From the NCBI GenBank assembly GCA_963767925.1, contig CAVYGB010000010.1, forward strand, positions 352,001 through 416,000: a DNA stretch of 64,000 nucleotides. The letters are read 5' to 3'. Both the position numbers and the translations under genes were made by a program. The notes below the pieces were generated by a model, which worked only from the letters and a program-made list of their open reading frames with translations, did no database searches and had not been told where the DNA came from. Source of the DNA: an uncultured delta proteobacterium. Its GTDB lineage: Bacteria > Myxococcota_A > Polyangia > Fen-1088. Positions 8,568 to 19,277 of this stretch are shown here, piece by piece (positions within the stretch are counted from its first letter, which is position 1; the number at the start of each line of letters is the position of its first letter).

Positions 8568-10328
8568 TTGAAGCACAGCCGCCCCTCCGTCCCCCACGAA
8601 GGTCCCCCCGAAGACAGGTCGTACGGGTCCGCCGGTCGTCAGATCGGACCTTACGATCTGCTCGAATCGCTGGGACAGGGAGCGATGTCCGAGGTCTTCA
8701 AGGCCCGCCACCGCTACCTCGGCTGCATCCGGGCGGTGAAGCTGCTGCACCCCCAGGTCGACGCCGAGCCCGACACGATCGGCCGGCTGCTCACCGAGGC
8801 GCGCGCCCTGGCGCGGCTGCGCCATCCCGCCATCGTCGAGGTGCACGACTGCGACGTCCTCGGCGACACCGCCTTCATCGCCATGGAGTACCTGGAGGGC
8901 GAGTCGCTGCGCGCCTGGCTCGACCGCATCGGCCCCCTGTCCGCCGCGCCCCGGCTGGCCGCCGCCATCGTGGCGGCCATCGCCGAGGGGCTCGCCTTCG
9001 CCCACAGTCGCGGGGTCGTGCATCGGGACCTCAAGCCCGAGAACATCCTGCTGGTCCCCGATCCGGCCGACGGCCGGCGCTTTGCCCTCAAGATCCTCGA
9101 CTTCGGCCTGGCCAAGCTGGAGGGCGAGGAGTCGCTCACCACCACCCGCGCCGATTGCGTCATCGGGACCGCGCTCTACATGGCGCCCGAGCGCTGGCGC
9201 GCGAGCCAGCCGGTCGATCACCGCTCGGACATCTACGCGCTCGGCTGCCTGCTCTTCGAGCTCCTCTCCGGCCAGCCCCCCTTCTGCGAAACCAGCGACG
9301 CGGCCATCATGCGGGCCCACCTGGTGGAGGCGCCCCCCGAGGTGCGGGCCTTCGCCCCCGACGTGCCGGCCGCCTTCCAGCCGCTGCTGGCGCGCATGCT
9401 GGCCAAGGATCCGGAGGCCCGCCACGGATCGCTCGATGACGTGCTGGTCGACCTCGAGTCGATCCTGGGGCGAAACCGGTCGACCTGGAGCGAGCACCTG
9501 CGCACGCCGCGGACGGCGCTCCATCCCCTGGGGGCCCTCGACGATGTCACAAGCCCCGACGGCCGACCTCGGGCGCCCTGGCTGGGCTGGCTGGCCTGGC
9601 TGCGGGCGCGCCTGACCGGCCTGGGCGGACCTGCTGGCGAGGCGGGATCCGCGACGCCGCTGCGCGACCGGCTCCCCGCCTGGCTGCGCGCGCAGCCGGC
9701 CTGGCTGGCCCGGCTGGGCGATCGGTTGCCGGTGTCGTGGCGCGCTCGAGCGGGGCGCTGGTTCGGCGACACCCGCCTCCGGATGGCGCTCGGCGGCTCG
9801 GCCATCATCCTGGCCGCGGCCCTGCTGCTGACCAACCGGGCCGCGACGACCGCCCCCCCGGCAGCCAGCCCCGAGGCCACCGCGATCGCGCCGCCGACCC
9901 GCGCGACCGCGGACCCCATCGCCACCGCAGCGCCCGCCCCGGAGCTCCCGGCGGACGAGGTGGCGCCGCCCCCGGTCGCGAGACGGCCTGTCCCGGCGCC
10001 TCCGGCCCGTCCGGCGAGACGCCGGATCGCCTACAGCGTCCTCGTCACCTCGGCCCCTCCCGGCGCGCTGGCCTGGGTGTCCGGCGAGCGGGTAGCCCGC
10101 GGCCGGACCCCGATCGACATCCAGCTCACCTCCCCGCGACCCCGGCGCGTGCAGCTCGCGGCCCCCGGGTTCCGGACGACGACCGTCATCGTCTCGAGCG
10201 CCCTGCCCGGCGGGCACGTGCACGCCCGGCTCCTGCCGGCGGTTGGACCGGCCCGACCGGCGGCAGGCCGCCGCCAGCTCCGGCCGACCCAGGATCCGCT
10301 CCGGACCTACCGCCCGATCGGCGACTGA
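8568..10328 (+). CDS. Hanks-type Ser/Thr protein kinase with TM segment and C-terminal PEGA-like domain
   Basis: LGQGAMSEV, AVK, HRDLKPEN, DFG, YMAPE, SDIYALG; VTSAPPGA..RGRTP. Confidence 0.93.
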   Translation: MKHSRPSVPHEGPPEDRSYGSAGRQIGPYDLLESLGQGAMSEVFKARHRYLGCIRAVKLLHPQVDAEPDTIGRLLTEARALARLRHPAIVEVHDCDVLGDTAFIAMEYLEGESLRAWLDRIGPLSAAPRLAAAIVAAIAEGLAFAHSRGVVHRDLKPENILLVPDPADGRRFALKILDFGLAKLEGEESLTTTRADCVIGTALYMAPERWRASQPVDHRSDIYALGCLLFELLSGQPPFCETSDAAIMRAHLVEAPPEVRAFAPDVPAAFQPLLARMLAKDPEARHGSLDDVLVDLESILGRNRSTWSEHLRTPRTALHPLGALDDVTSPDGRPRAPWLGWLAWLRARLTGLGGPAGEAGSATPLRDRLPAWLRAQPAWLARLGDRLPVSWRARAGRWFGDTRLRMALGGSAIILAAALLLTNRAATTAPPAASPEATAIAPPTRATADPIATAAPAPELPADEVAPPPVARRPVPAPPARPARRRIAYSVLVTSAPPGALAWVSGERVARGRTPIDIQLTSPRPRRVQLAAPGFRTTTVIVSSALPGGHVHARLLPAVGPARPAAGRRQLRPTQDPLRTYRPIGD

Positions 10329-10357
10329 CGCCGGTCCTGCCCGGGAGGGACGGCTCG

Positions 10358-11071
10358 TCAGGTGGGGGCGGTCCACTCGGTGACGAAGGGGCGCAGGGAG
10401 AGCTCGTGGGTCCAGGCCCGGGGATCCTGGCGATACAGGTACTCGCAGGCGCGGGCGATCTCCTCGGGCGGCACCGCCCGGTCGCGGCCCATCTTCGCGA
10501 CCCAGGCGGCGGCGGCGGGCGTCTCGATGGCGGCGTCGATCGGCAGGTAGGCGACGTGGACCCGGTGGCTGCGCCACTCCCGCGCCGCCACCTGTACCAG
10601 GGCGCGCAGGCCGTGCTGCGCGGCCCCGAGAGCGGCGAAGCCCTCCTTGGTGCGCACCCCCGACGAGGTGCCGATCTGAAGGAAGGTCCCGCGCTGCTGC
10701 TCGAGCAGCTTGCGGCCCACCACCTGCAGCAGGTTCCAGGTGCCCCGCACGTAAGCCTCGAGGCTTCTGGCCAGCTCGGCCTCGTCGATCTCGATCAGCG
10801 CCTTGTTCCCGAAGCGCCCGCCCGCGGTCTGCGCGGCGACGACGAGGTCCACGCCCGGCCGATCCACGAGGGCCCCGAGCGTCGCGCGATCGCGAAGGTC
10901 GCAGACCAGCGCCACGCCCTGGCCGCCGGCCCCGTCCACCTCGGCCGCGACCGCCTCGACAGTCTCCCGGGTCCGCCCCGCGCAGACCACCTGCCAGCCC
11001 AGCCGCGCGAAGTGGACGGCGATGGCCCGCCCCAGACCGCGCACCCCCACCACGACGAGTGTCTCAGCCAT
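10358..11071 (-). CDS. SDR family NAD(P)-dependent oxidoreductase
   Basis: VVVGVRGLGRAIA Rossmann start; ARE..HVAYLPIDAAI; QDPRAWTHEL. Confidence 0.85.
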   Translation of the reverse strand: MAETLVVVGVRGLGRAIAVHFARLGWQVVCAGRTRETVEAVAAEVDGAGGQGVALVCDLRDRATLGALVDRPGVDLVVAAQTAGGRFGNKALIEIDEAELARSLEAYVRGTWNLLQVVGRKLLEQQRGTFLQIGTSSGVRTKEGFAALGAAQHGLRALVQVAAREWRSHRVHVAYLPIDAAIETPAAAAWVAKMGRDRAVPPEEIARACEYLYRQDPRAWTHELSLRPFVTEWTAPT

Positions 11072-11213
11072 GCCGGCAGTGTCTCCCCGCGGCCCACGGC
11101 GAGCAATCCGAAGAGCACCCCCAGCTTGGCCGACGTCCTGGCCGACGTCCTGGCCACCCTCGTCCTTTCTTGGCCGGCGCCCCACCCGCGGCGTCACCAC
11201 TAGAAGAACGAAC

Positions 11214-12191
11214 ATGATGAGACGTTTCAACAAGATAGAGCTTGGCGTATGCTTGCTGGTTCTGGCCTGTGGAGGGCCCGAAGGCGGGGACTCCGGAGGA
11301 GGAACCGGTGGAGCGGGGGGCTCGGCGGGTCAGGCGGGCAGCCCCGCCGGGACCACGGGCGGCAGCGGCGCGGGCACGGGTGGCGCGGCGGGCGGCGCCG
11401 GCACCGGCGGTGCGTCGGCGGGCACGGGTGGTGGCAGTGGCGGCTCCGCCGGCAGCGGCCGCAGCGACGCCGGCCTGCCCAGCGGGACGGCTCCCGACGG
11501 CGGAGCCGCCTCCGATGCGGGCGCGCCCGTCCCGCCCTCCGCGGCCGGCCAGGGACCGGTGGCCAGCGGGCGGGTCGTGTTCTCGAACGACTTCGAGCAG
11601 AACGAGATCACCGGGTTCGAGCGATCGCCGGTCGGGATACCCGCCGACCGGGTGCAGATCGTTGACGATCCGCTCGGTCAGCGGGGCAAGGTGGTCCAGG
11701 TCGAGTGGCGATCCGGGGACCGCTTCCGCACCTCGGGCGGGACCGAGCCGCGAAGCTGGTTCTCGAATCGCCCCGGACACGAGTTTCCTCCGGGCACCAA
11801 CGTCAGCCACGCCTTCGGCATGATGATCAACCAGGCCGACACGAACTACGCCTTCGGCCAGGTCATCTCCTCGGGCGGCCCGGTGTGGATGCTGATCGTC
11901 GAGGGGGCCGGCCGCTTGACCGTGTTCTGCAACGCCTGCGGCGGAAACACCCGCCACATGACCCTCGAGCCGAAGAGGTGGTACGACTTCCGCATCGACA
12001 TGGACTTCCGCGTCGGCGGCGACGTGCGCTTCTTCGTCGACGGCCAGATGTTCCGGATGGGCCGGGTGGCCAGCACCCGCGGCACCATCGCCCACTGGGA
12101 CGGCGGCATCTACAACCGGGCCCCCGGCACCGGAGGAAATCGCACCCGCCAGGTTTTCCTCAGCAACCTCAGCGTGGGCCTGCGCGAATAG
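11214..12191 (+). CDS. Lipoprotein with Gly-rich linker and polysaccharide lyase-like (heparin lyase I / ConA-like) domain
   Basis: Lipobox VLAC; G/S/T/A linker; FSNDFE, RWYDFRI, FFVDG, GGIYNR. Confidence 0.65.
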   Translation: MMRRFNKIELGVCLLVLACGGPEGGDSGGGTGGAGGSAGQAGSPAGTTGGSGAGTGGAAGGAGTGGASAGTGGGSGGSAGSGRSDAGLPSGTAPDGGAASDAGAPVPPSAAGQGPVASGRVVFSNDFEQNEITGFERSPVGIPADRVQIVDDPLGQRGKVVQVEWRSGDRFRTSGGTEPRSWFSNRPGHEFPPGTNVSHAFGMMINQADTNYAFGQVISSGGPVWMLIVEGAGRLTVFCNACGGNTRHMTLEPKRWYDFRIDMDFRVGGDVRFFVDGQMFRMGRVASTRGTIAHWDGGIYNRAPGTGGNRTRQVFLSNLSVGLRE

Positions 12192-12206
12192 GGCAGCGCT
12201 CCGCCC

Positions 12207-13337
12207 TCACCGCCGGAGCTGCTGGAGGAACGTCCGGAGATCCTCGGCGAAGATCTCCGGCACCTCCCAGGACGAGTGGTGGCCGCCGCGCGGCGGCTCG
12301 CTCCAGTAGACGAGGTTCACCTGGCGCTCGGCCCACTGGCGGGGCACGGGCGCGTCGAGCGGCATGCGCGCCATGCCGGCGGGGGCCGGGGCGCGGGCCG
12401 GTTTGGGCGCGCCGGGGTTGCCGTACACGGCGCGCGCGGTCTCGAGGTACATGCGCATCGCCGATCCGATGCTGCCGCTCACCCAGTAGATCATGGCGTT
12501 GGTGATGAGCTCGTCGAGGGTGAAGCGCTGCTCGATCTTGTCGGGGGCGCCGCTGGCGAACAGGTTCATGAGCCAGGCGGCCAGCCCCACCGGTGAGTCG
12601 TTCATGGCGAAGGCCAGGCTCTGCGGCTTTGTCGACTGGATGATGTTGAACCCGCCCTCCCGCATCCACCAGGCCTGGATCCACTGGGCGAACTCCATCT
12701 CCGGCGGCGACAGCGTCGAGAAGTCGGTCGTGCCGTCGGGGTAGCCGACGTCCACCACGTAGATGCCCTGGACGGCCTCGGGGTGACGCCGGGACATGGC
12801 CATGGGGACGGGCCCGTCCCCGCCGCCCGCCAGGTAGCGCCGGTAGCCGAGGCCCTCCATCAGCCGGGCCAGGGTGTCCGCCATCGGGTCGACGGCCATC
12901 GCCGTGGGGGCGGAGAAGCCGTACCCGGGCAAGCTGGGGATCACGACGTCGAAGGAGAGGTTGGGGTCTCCGCCGTGGGCGCCCGGATCGGTCAGCAGCG
13001 GGATCACCTTGAGGAACCGGTAAAACGAGTCCGGGAAGGAGTGGATGAGCAGCAGCGGGGTGGGGTTCGGGCCCTTGCCCCGCACGTGCACGTAGTGCAG
13101 CGACGTCCCGTCGACGTCGGCGGTAAATTGCGGATGGGCGTTGAGGGCCGCCTCCTGGGCGCGCCAGTCGTAGCGGTCGCGCCAGTGATCGGCGAGCCGC
13201 TTCATGAAGGTGAGGTCGGTGCCGAGGCTCCAGCCGGCGTCTTGCGGCTGCTCTGGCCAGCGGGTGGCGGCCAGGCGGCTGCGCAGGTCGGCCAGGGTCG
13301 AGTCGGAGACGGCGATGCGAAAGGGCGTGGTCTTCAT
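12207..13337 (-). CDS. Epoxide hydrolase (EHN domain plus alpha/beta hydrolase)
   Basis: PFRIAV, YDWRAQEAALN, FDVVIPSLPGYGFS, NDSPVGLAAW, RGGH..WEVP. Confidence 0.92.
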   Translation of the reverse strand: MKTTPFRIAVSDSTLADLRSRLAATRWPEQPQDAGWSLGTDLTFMKRLADHWRDRYDWRAQEAALNAHPQFTADVDGTSLHYVHVRGKGPNPTPLLLIHSFPDSFYRFLKVIPLLTDPGAHGGDPNLSFDVVIPSLPGYGFSAPTAMAVDPMADTLARLMEGLGYRRYLAGGGDGPVPMAMSRRHPEAVQGIYVVDVGYPDGTTDFSTLSPPEMEFAQWIQAWWMREGGFNIIQSTKPQSLAFAMNDSPVGLAAWLMNLFASGAPDKIEQRFTLDELITNAMIYWVSGSIGSAMRMYLETARAVYGNPGAPKPARAPAPAGMARMPLDAPVPRQWAERQVNLVYWSEPPRGGHHSSWEVPEIFAEDLRTFLQQLRR

Positions 13338-13402
13338 GCCCCTGATTCAAGCAGCGTCGCCCCGCCCGCTCTTGAACAAAACCGACAAAACGCCGGGGCC
13401 GC

Positions 13403-14089
13403 TCAGGGCAGGGACGCCGCGGCGATCTGGCCGGGGGTCTTCCCCATGATGGCCTTCAGCAACCGGGTGAGGTGCGGCTGGTCGGCGTAGCCCAGCTCGA
13501 GCGCGACGTCCACCGCGCGCCGGCCGGCCTGCAAGAGCTCCATCGCCCGGCGCGCGCGCTGGATCTGCTGCAGCCGCTTGGCGGTCATCCCCGTCGCCTG
13601 CAGGAAATGCCGCTGCACCGAGCGGGGCGAGATCGCCCGCGGACTCCCGTCCACGACCCCCCCGACGATCTCGTCCCGGACGATCAGCTCGCGGCGCACC
13701 AGGCGGTCCACCATCCCCTCGGCGTTGTCGAAGGTGGGGATCTCCAGCCGGTCGCCCTCCAGCCAGAAGGACCCCGACGAAGCGCGCGGCGCCTCGCAGG
13801 GGAGCAGCAGGCCGCGGTCGAGCATCTCCACGCCCGGCAAGCGCGGCCGGAACACCCCCGGCCGAAAGGAGATGGCCAGGTACTCGTCGCCAGCCTGGTA
13901 GTCGAGGAGCACCGGTCTGGTGATGAGGCCCGTCTGTAGCATCTGCACCCGCCCGCCGACCTTCATGACCACCAGGTCCCAGCAGCCGTCGGGCGCGGTG
14001 ACGTCCTGGGTGTCCTGCTCGTAACGCACCCGGGTGATCCGGGCGACGAGGGGGGAGTCCGAGGCGCGCTCTTGCCGCCACATGCTCAT
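13403..14089 (-). CDS. AraC family transcriptional regulator
   Basis: PDGCWD N-terminal motif; C-terminal GYADQPHLTR..GKTP HTH. Confidence 0.9.
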   Translation of the reverse strand: MSMWRQERASDSPLVARITRVRYEQDTQDVTAPDGCWDLVVMKVGGRVQMLQTGLITRPVLLDYQAGDEYLAISFRPGVFRPRLPGVEMLDRGLLLPCEAPRASSGSFWLEGDRLEIPTFDNAEGMVDRLVRRELIVRDEIVGGVVDGSPRAISPRSVQRHFLQATGMTAKRLQQIQRARRAMELLQAGRRAVDVALELGYADQPHLTRLLKAIMGKTPGQIAAASLP

Positions 14090-14176
14090 CGCCCCAGCAT
14101 AGCGCGCCCGCCCGCAGCAAGGGGCCGGGCGCGCCGGCGCGGCCCCGGGCAGGGCCGCACCTGTCGGGATGGTCCC

Positions 14177-16354
14177 CTACTTGATGAAGAGGATCTCCTG
14201 GTAGGTCGGCAGGGGCCACAGATCGTCGGCGACGATGCCCTCGAGCTGGTCGGCGGCCTCCCGCACCTTGAGCATGGCCGGCAGCACCGAGGTGCAGTAG
14301 TGCTTGGCCTCGGCCAGCGCGCCGTCGCCGCCGTGCTCGCTGCAAACGGCCTCCAGGCCCACCAGGCCGGCCTGCAACTTGCCCACCAGGTCGGTCACCT
14401 GCTTGAGCACCGCCGTGTCGGCGGTCAGGCCACTCGCCTTGACCGCGACGGCGGTCTCGGCCAGCTCGCGCTGGTAGCGCAGGGCCGCGGGGAGGATGTG
14501 GGTCTTGCCGATCTTGCCGGTGAGCTTGGCCTCGACGTTGACGGTCTTGCAGTACTGCTCGAGGTAGATCTCGTAGCGGCTGTGCAGCTCCCGGGGGGTG
14601 AGCACCTTGTACTTGTCGAAGAGGGCGATCACCTCGGGCTTCTGCAAGACGGGGAGCGCGTCGACCGCCGTCTTGTAGTTCGGCAGGCCCCGCTTCTCGG
14701 CCTCCTGGTGCCACTCGGCCGAGTAGCCGTTGCCGTCGAAGATCACGGCCCCGTGCTGCTGGACGATCTCGGCCAGCACGTCCTGGATGGCGAGGTTGAG
14801 CTTCTTGCCGCTGCTGACCGCGGCCTCGAGCTTGCCCGCGATGAAGTCACAGGACTCGGCGATGGCGGTGTTCAGGGCGACGAGCGGATCGCCAATCGAC
14901 TGGCTGGAGCCCACCGCCCGGAACTCGAAGCGGTTCCCGGTGAAGGCGAAGGGGCTGGTGCGGTTTCGATCCCCGGCGTCCTTCGGCAGGGTCGGCAGGG
15001 TATCGACGCCGATCTCCAGCATGCCCCGCACCTTCGAGGACCGGGCGCCGCCCGCGCGCACCTGCTCGAACACGTCGGTGAGCTGCTGGCCCAGGAAGAT
15101 CGAGATGATGGCGGGCGGGGCCTCGTTGGCCCCCAGGCGGTGGTCGTTGGCCGCGGTGGCGATGGCCGCCCGCAGGAGGCCGGAGTGCTTGTGCACGGCC
15201 CGGATCACCGCCGCGCAGAACACCAGGAACTGGGCGTTCTCGTGGGGCGTGTCGCCCGGATCCAGCAGGTTGCCCTGGGCCCCGTTGCCGAACGAGAAGT
15301 TGACGTGTTTGCCCGAGCCGTTGACGCCGGCGAAGGGCTTCTCGTGCAGCAAGCAGACCAGGCCGTATTTTTCGGCCACCCGCTTCAGCGTCACCATGAC
15401 GAGCTGCTGGTGGTCGGCGGCGATGTTGCCGCTCTCGAACACCGGGGCCACCTCGAACTGCCCGGGCGCCACCTCGTTGTGCCGGGTCTTGACCGGGACG
15501 CCAAGCTTGAACAGCTCGCGCTCGACCTCCATCATGTAGCCCAGCACGCGCTCGGGGATCGCCCCGAAGTAGTGATCCTCGAACTCCTGCCCCTTGGGCG
15601 GCCGGGCCCCGAACAGCGAGCGGCCGGCGTTCAGCAGGTCGGGGCGGGCGTAAAAGAAGCTCTTGTCGATCAGGAAGTACTCCTGCTCGGCGCCCGCGTA
15701 GGAGACCACGGTGGCGGGGCTCTCGTGGCCGAAGAGCTTGAGGATCCGCTGGACCTGCGTGTTGAGCGCCTGGCCCGAGCGCATGAGCGGCGTCTTCTTG
15801 TCCAGGGCCTCGCCGGTCCAGGACACGAAGGCGGTGGGGATGCACAGGGTGGTGCCGTTGGCCGTCTCGGCCAGGTAGGCCGGGCTGGTCACGTCCCAGG
15901 CGGTGTAGCCGCGCGCCTCGTTGGTGGCGCGGATGCCCCCGTTGGGGAAGCTCGAGGCGTCGGGCTCGCCCTGGACCAGGGTCTTGCCGGCGAACTCGGT
16001 GATGGCGCCGCCCTCGCCGTCGGGCGAGAGGAAGCTGTCGTGCTTCTCGGCGCTCAGCCCGGTGAGCGGGTAAAAGATGTGGGCGTAGTGGGTGGCCCCC
16101 CGGGACAGGGCCCAGGCCTTCATCGCCGCCGCCACCGCGTCGGCGACGCGCGGGTCGAGGGCGCTGCAGGTATCGATGGTCTTCTTGAGCGAGCGGAAGA
16201 CCTCCTTGGGGAGCATCGCCTTCATGGTGGCGAGGCCAAACACGTTGACGCCGAACAGGGACGCTGCGGCGGTCTCCTTGTAGTCCAGGGGCGAGCCTGT
16301 CGTTTTGTGACTCGTCGCCGCCGCGATCGCCGCCTGCCGTGCTGTTCCGCTCAT
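14177..16354 (-). CDS. Glutamine synthetase type III
   Basis: About 725 aa; [81 protein letters not shown]. Confidence 0.97.
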   Translation of the reverse strand: MSGTARQAAIAAATSHKTTGSPLDYKETAAASLFGVNVFGLATMKAMLPKEVFRSLKKTIDTCSALDPRVADAVAAAMKAWALSRGATHYAHIFYPLTGLSAEKHDSFLSPDGEGGAITEFAGKTLVQGEPDASSFPNGGIRATNEARGYTAWDVTSPAYLAETANGTTLCIPTAFVSWTGEALDKKTPLMRSGQALNTQVQRILKLFGHESPATVVSYAGAEQEYFLIDKSFFYARPDLLNAGRSLFGARPPKGQEFEDHYFGAIPERVLGYMMEVERELFKLGVPVKTRHNEVAPGQFEVAPVFESGNIAADHQQLVMVTLKRVAEKYGLVCLLHEKPFAGVNGSGKHVNFSFGNGAQGNLLDPGDTPHENAQFLVFCAAVIRAVHKHSGLLRAAIATAANDHRLGANEAPPAIISIFLGQQLTDVFEQVRAGGARSSKVRGMLEIGVDTLPTLPKDAGDRNRTSPFAFTGNRFEFRAVGSSQSIGDPLVALNTAIAESCDFIAGKLEAAVSSGKKLNLAIQDVLAEIVQQHGAVIFDGNGYSAEWHQEAEKRGLPNYKTAVDALPVLQKPEVIALFDKYKVLTPRELHSRYEIYLEQYCKTVNVEAKLTGKIGKTHILPAALRYQRELAETAVAVKASGLTADTAVLKQVTDLVGKLQAGLVGLEAVCSEHGGDGALAEAKHYCTSVLPAMLKVREAADQLEGIVADDLWPLPTYQEILFIK

Positions 16355-16601
16355 GTTTTTCCCATCTCCTTTGTGGATCAGACCGAACGTAGCCGCTTCG
16401 GCCGACACATATCGCGACTCGGGAGTTCCACCCAGCGCTTTCGCCGCGATATTCGATTGAAACGGAAAAATGGGCGGGGATGGCGAGCCGGTGACCGCCA
16501 TGTTGCCGGCAGGATTCCAGCGCCCGGCGCGGGCGGCCAGGTGACCGCGCCGCCCTGCCGGATAGGCACGACCGGCCCGACCGCGACGCCCGGGCCGAGG
16601 C

Positions 16602-17408
16602 TCAGACCCTGGCCCGCGAATCGATGGCCCGCCGGAACGGCTCGGGGCGGGCAAACAGCGCCTCCAGGCGGCCCCGGGACAGCTCGCCCAGCGCGCTCGG
16701 CTGTCCGCCGAGGGCACATTGCAGGTAGATCGCCTCGCGCAGCAGGGGGGTCAGGTCCTGCTCGCGGCGGAGGGTCCAGGCGCGATGGTCGACGGCGTCG
16801 CGCCGCACGGCGGCCTCGAAGTCGATGAGCAGCGGCTCGAGCGGCGCCGGGCTGACGATGCAGTTGTGAAGCTCGGCGTCCCCGTGGGCCAGCCCGCCCC
16901 CGTGCAGCAGCGAGAGCTGGGCCAGCAGCTCCTCGGCCAGCCGCCACAGGCCGGCCACCAGGGCCAGCGGCTGCTTCTGCGCCGTGGCGATGTTGCTCTC
17001 GGGGGGGTCGGCGCCGAAGGGGGTGAGGCGGGAGTAGGCCTGGCCGGGGATCAGGCAGCTCCGGAAGACGTCGGGGTCATGGCCGATCGGCGGGGGGACC
17101 GCGCAGAGCCGGGAGGCCAGGAGCTGACACTCGAACTCCTCTCCGGCGTCGCCGTGCAGCCGGCCCGGCGAGTAGGTCTTGCGGACGTGGAGGGGGTATT
17201 TCGCCGCGGCCGGATGGGCCTGGCGGGTGTCGGCGCCGGCGATCACCAGCTCGGCCGCCATCAGCGGCAGGCCGTTGGCCTCGCGGCGGGCCAGGGTGCG
17301 CACGACGAAGTCGCGGCCGGGAGCCCGCTCGACGAGCGCGAAGACCTCCCCCGCCAGCAAGACCGCGTGACGGGGCGAGACCGCGACCGGGTGTACCTCG
17401 TCGTCCAT
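16602..17408 (-). CDS. Atypical protein-kinase-like (phosphotransferase) fold protein
   Basis: Catalytic-loop-like [10 protein letters not shown] followed by LLIDFE; no Gly-rich loop recognised. Confidence 0.55.
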   Translation of the reverse strand: MDDEVHPVAVSPRHAVLLAGEVFALVERAPGRDFVVRTLARREANGLPLMAAELVIAGADTRQAHPAAAKYPLHVRKTYSPGRLHGDAGEEFECQLLASRLCAVPPPIGHDPDVFRSCLIPGQAYSRLTPFGADPPESNIATAQKQPLALVAGLWRLAEELLAQLSLLHGGGLAHGDAELHNCIVSPAPLEPLLIDFEAAVRRDAVDHRAWTLRREQDLTPLLREAIYLQCALGGQPSALGELSRGRLEALFARPEPFRRAIDSRARV

Positions 17409-17481
17409 CCCCCCAGGTTTTGTAACATTTTCGGGGCCCGGATCCCCGTGCTCTTCGGGCCGGGCCGGCGAAAGCCGGGGG

Positions 17482-18324
17482 TCACTCGCCGCTGTAGTTG
17501 ATCTCCATGCTGCGCGCGCGCAGGCAGGCGACGAGCAGGACGAGCCCGCTCAGCAGGAACAGGCCGGGGATGGCCAGGGCGGCCGAGATGGGCTCGGCCG
17601 GGATGGCGAAGAGGGCGGCCGCCCCCTCGGGCTGGACCTCCACCGGCAGCAGCGGCTCGAGGTAAAAGACAACGCTGAAGAGCTTGAGGGGGACGGGCAG
17701 GACCTTGTTGCCCGCCTCCCACAGGAGGATCAGCACCGCGGGGACCACCGGGTTCTTGAAGAGCTGGCCGAGCAGCAAGAACCCCGCCCCGTAGCCGACT
17801 CCGGCCAGGGCGGTCACCAGCAGGTAGGCGCCCAGGTGCGAGAGGCCGGGGCCGGCGAGGAAGAAGTCCAGGCCGGCGCGCCCGAAGTGCAGGTACATGG
17901 CGGCGAACAGGGCGACGACCGCCGTCCCGAACACGAGCAGGACGGCCAGCACGCCCGCCGCGAACTTCCCGCAGGCCAGCACCTCGCGGCGCACGGGGGC
18001 GAGCAGGTAATAGTGCAGGCTGCGCTCCATCATGTCGCCCCGGAACAGGCGGGTGAAGATGCCGAGGCAGCCGAAGAACAGGCCGAGGCGCAGGTAGTAG
18101 AACTGGAAGATCCCGGCCAGGATCTCGGTGTCGGTGTCGAGCGCGTGGGACTGCCCGGTGGCCAGGGCGTACACCGCGTGCAAGGCGGCGATCAACACGG
18201 GCCCCAGGGCCAGCAGGTAGACCCAGAGGGCCCGCAGGCCGCGCAGGCTCTTGCGCAGCTCGAGCCCCACGATGGTGAGGAGCTGGCGGCGCCGGGTGGG
18301 CCAGAGCGGGCTGCTAGCCGTCAT
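17482..18324 (-). CDS. ABC transporter permease subunit
   Basis: Multiple TM segments; [15 protein letters not shown]; overlaps the upstream ATPase. Confidence 0.85.
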   Translation of the reverse strand: MTASSPLWPTRRRQLLTIVGLELRKSLRGLRALWVYLLALGPVLIAALHAVYALATGQSHALDTDTEILAGIFQFYYLRLGLFFGCLGIFTRLFRGDMMERSLHYYLLAPVRREVLACGKFAAGVLAVLLVFGTAVVALFAAMYLHFGRAGLDFFLAGPGLSHLGAYLLVTALAGVGYGAGFLLLGQLFKNPVVPAVLILLWEAGNKVLPVPLKLFSVVFYLEPLLPVEVQPEGAAALFAIPAEPISAALAIPGLFLLSGLVLLVACLRARSMEINYSGE

Positions 18325-19277
18325 GACAGGGGCCCTCCCTCCGAGCCGATCAGGTACTGGTAGACCGAGCCGACGTCGTCGTCGGCCGGGACCACCGCCT
18401 GCACGTCGATCCCGTCCCGCACCACCGCCTGGTTGAGCAGGGCGTAGAACCGATCGGCGCTGCGGGTGCGCACCAGCAGGCCCTGGCTGTCGTCCTGGAT
18501 GCGGGCCTCGACGACGTGGTCCTGCTCGAAGGCCAGGCGGGCCAGGCGGCCGGGCTGCGTGCAGCGCACCAGGATCTGCATCGGCCGGTCCTCGACCTCC
18601 CCGCGCACGCCCTGGATCTGCCCCTCGGCGACAACGTAGCCGTGGCTGAGGAGGATCACCCGGTCGGACAGGCGGTCGACCTCGTGCAGGATGTGGCTGG
18701 AGATGATGACGTGCATGGCCTGGGCGGCCAGGGCCTTGAGCAGCTCCATCACCTCGGCGCGGGCCATGGGGTCCAGCCCGTTGAGCGGCTCGTCGAGGAC
18801 GAGCACCCGGGGGTGGTGGGCGATCGACTGGGCCAGGCGCATCCGCTGCCGCATGCCCTTGCTGTAGCCGGCCATCTTGCGATCGGCGGCCTCGCTCATC
18901 CCCACCCGCTCGATGGCCTCCTCGGTCGCCTCGAGGGCGGGCCGGTGATCCAGGCCGTGCAGGCGGAGGGTTTCGTAGATGAAGCTGCGGCCGGTGGCGC
19001 CCCGGGGAAGATGATCGAACTGGGCGCAATAACCCACCAGGCGGAAGAAGCGCTCCGGATCCGAGACCGACACCCCCAGCACCCGGATCCGGCCCCGGGT
19101 GGGAAACAGCAGCCCGGTCATCAGGTTCATCAGGGTGGACTTGCCGGCGCCGTTGGGGCCCACAACGCTGGTGATGCCGGCCGGGATCGTCACCGACACC
19201 CGGTCGACCCCCAGCACGTCGCCATAGAACTTGGAGACCCCCTCGAAGCTGACGACCTCGTCCTCGGCCGCGCTCAT
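18321..19277 (-). CDS. ABC transporter ATP-binding protein
   Basis: [29 protein letters not shown]. Confidence 0.95.
   Translation of the reverse strand: MSAAEDEVVSFEGVSKFYGDVLGVDRVSVTIPAGITSVVGPNGAGKSTLMNLMTGLLFPTRGRIRVLGVSVSDPERFFRLVGYCAQFDHLPRGATGRSFIYETLRLHGLDHRPALEATEEAIERVGMSEAADRKMAGYSKGMRQRMRLAQSIAHHPRVLVLDEPLNGLDPMARAEVMELLKALAAQAMHVIISSHILHEVDRLSDRVILLSHGYVVAEGQIQGVRGEVEDRPMQILVRCTQPGRLARLAFEQDHVVEARIQDDSQGLLVRTRSADRFYALLNQAVVRDGIDVQAVVPADDDVGSVYQYLIGSEGGPLS

Noticed and set aside
11127..11155. Tandem repeat TGGCCGACGTCC x2.4 in a divergent intergenic region
   Set aside because: Too short and GC-rich to distinguish from a slippage duplication
16355..16600. Glutamine riboswitch or sigma-54 promoter upstream of GSIII
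   Set aside because: Only a CGTTCG fragment and a weak GG-N10-GC; I could not build the consensus structure or find TGGCAC-N5-TTGC
14072..16828. Very long alternative ORFs (918 aa here; also 42470-46678, 43570-46590, 7902-10577)
   Set aside because: Antisense or off-frame shadows of well-supported genes; stop codons are scarce at high GC and no motifs are present
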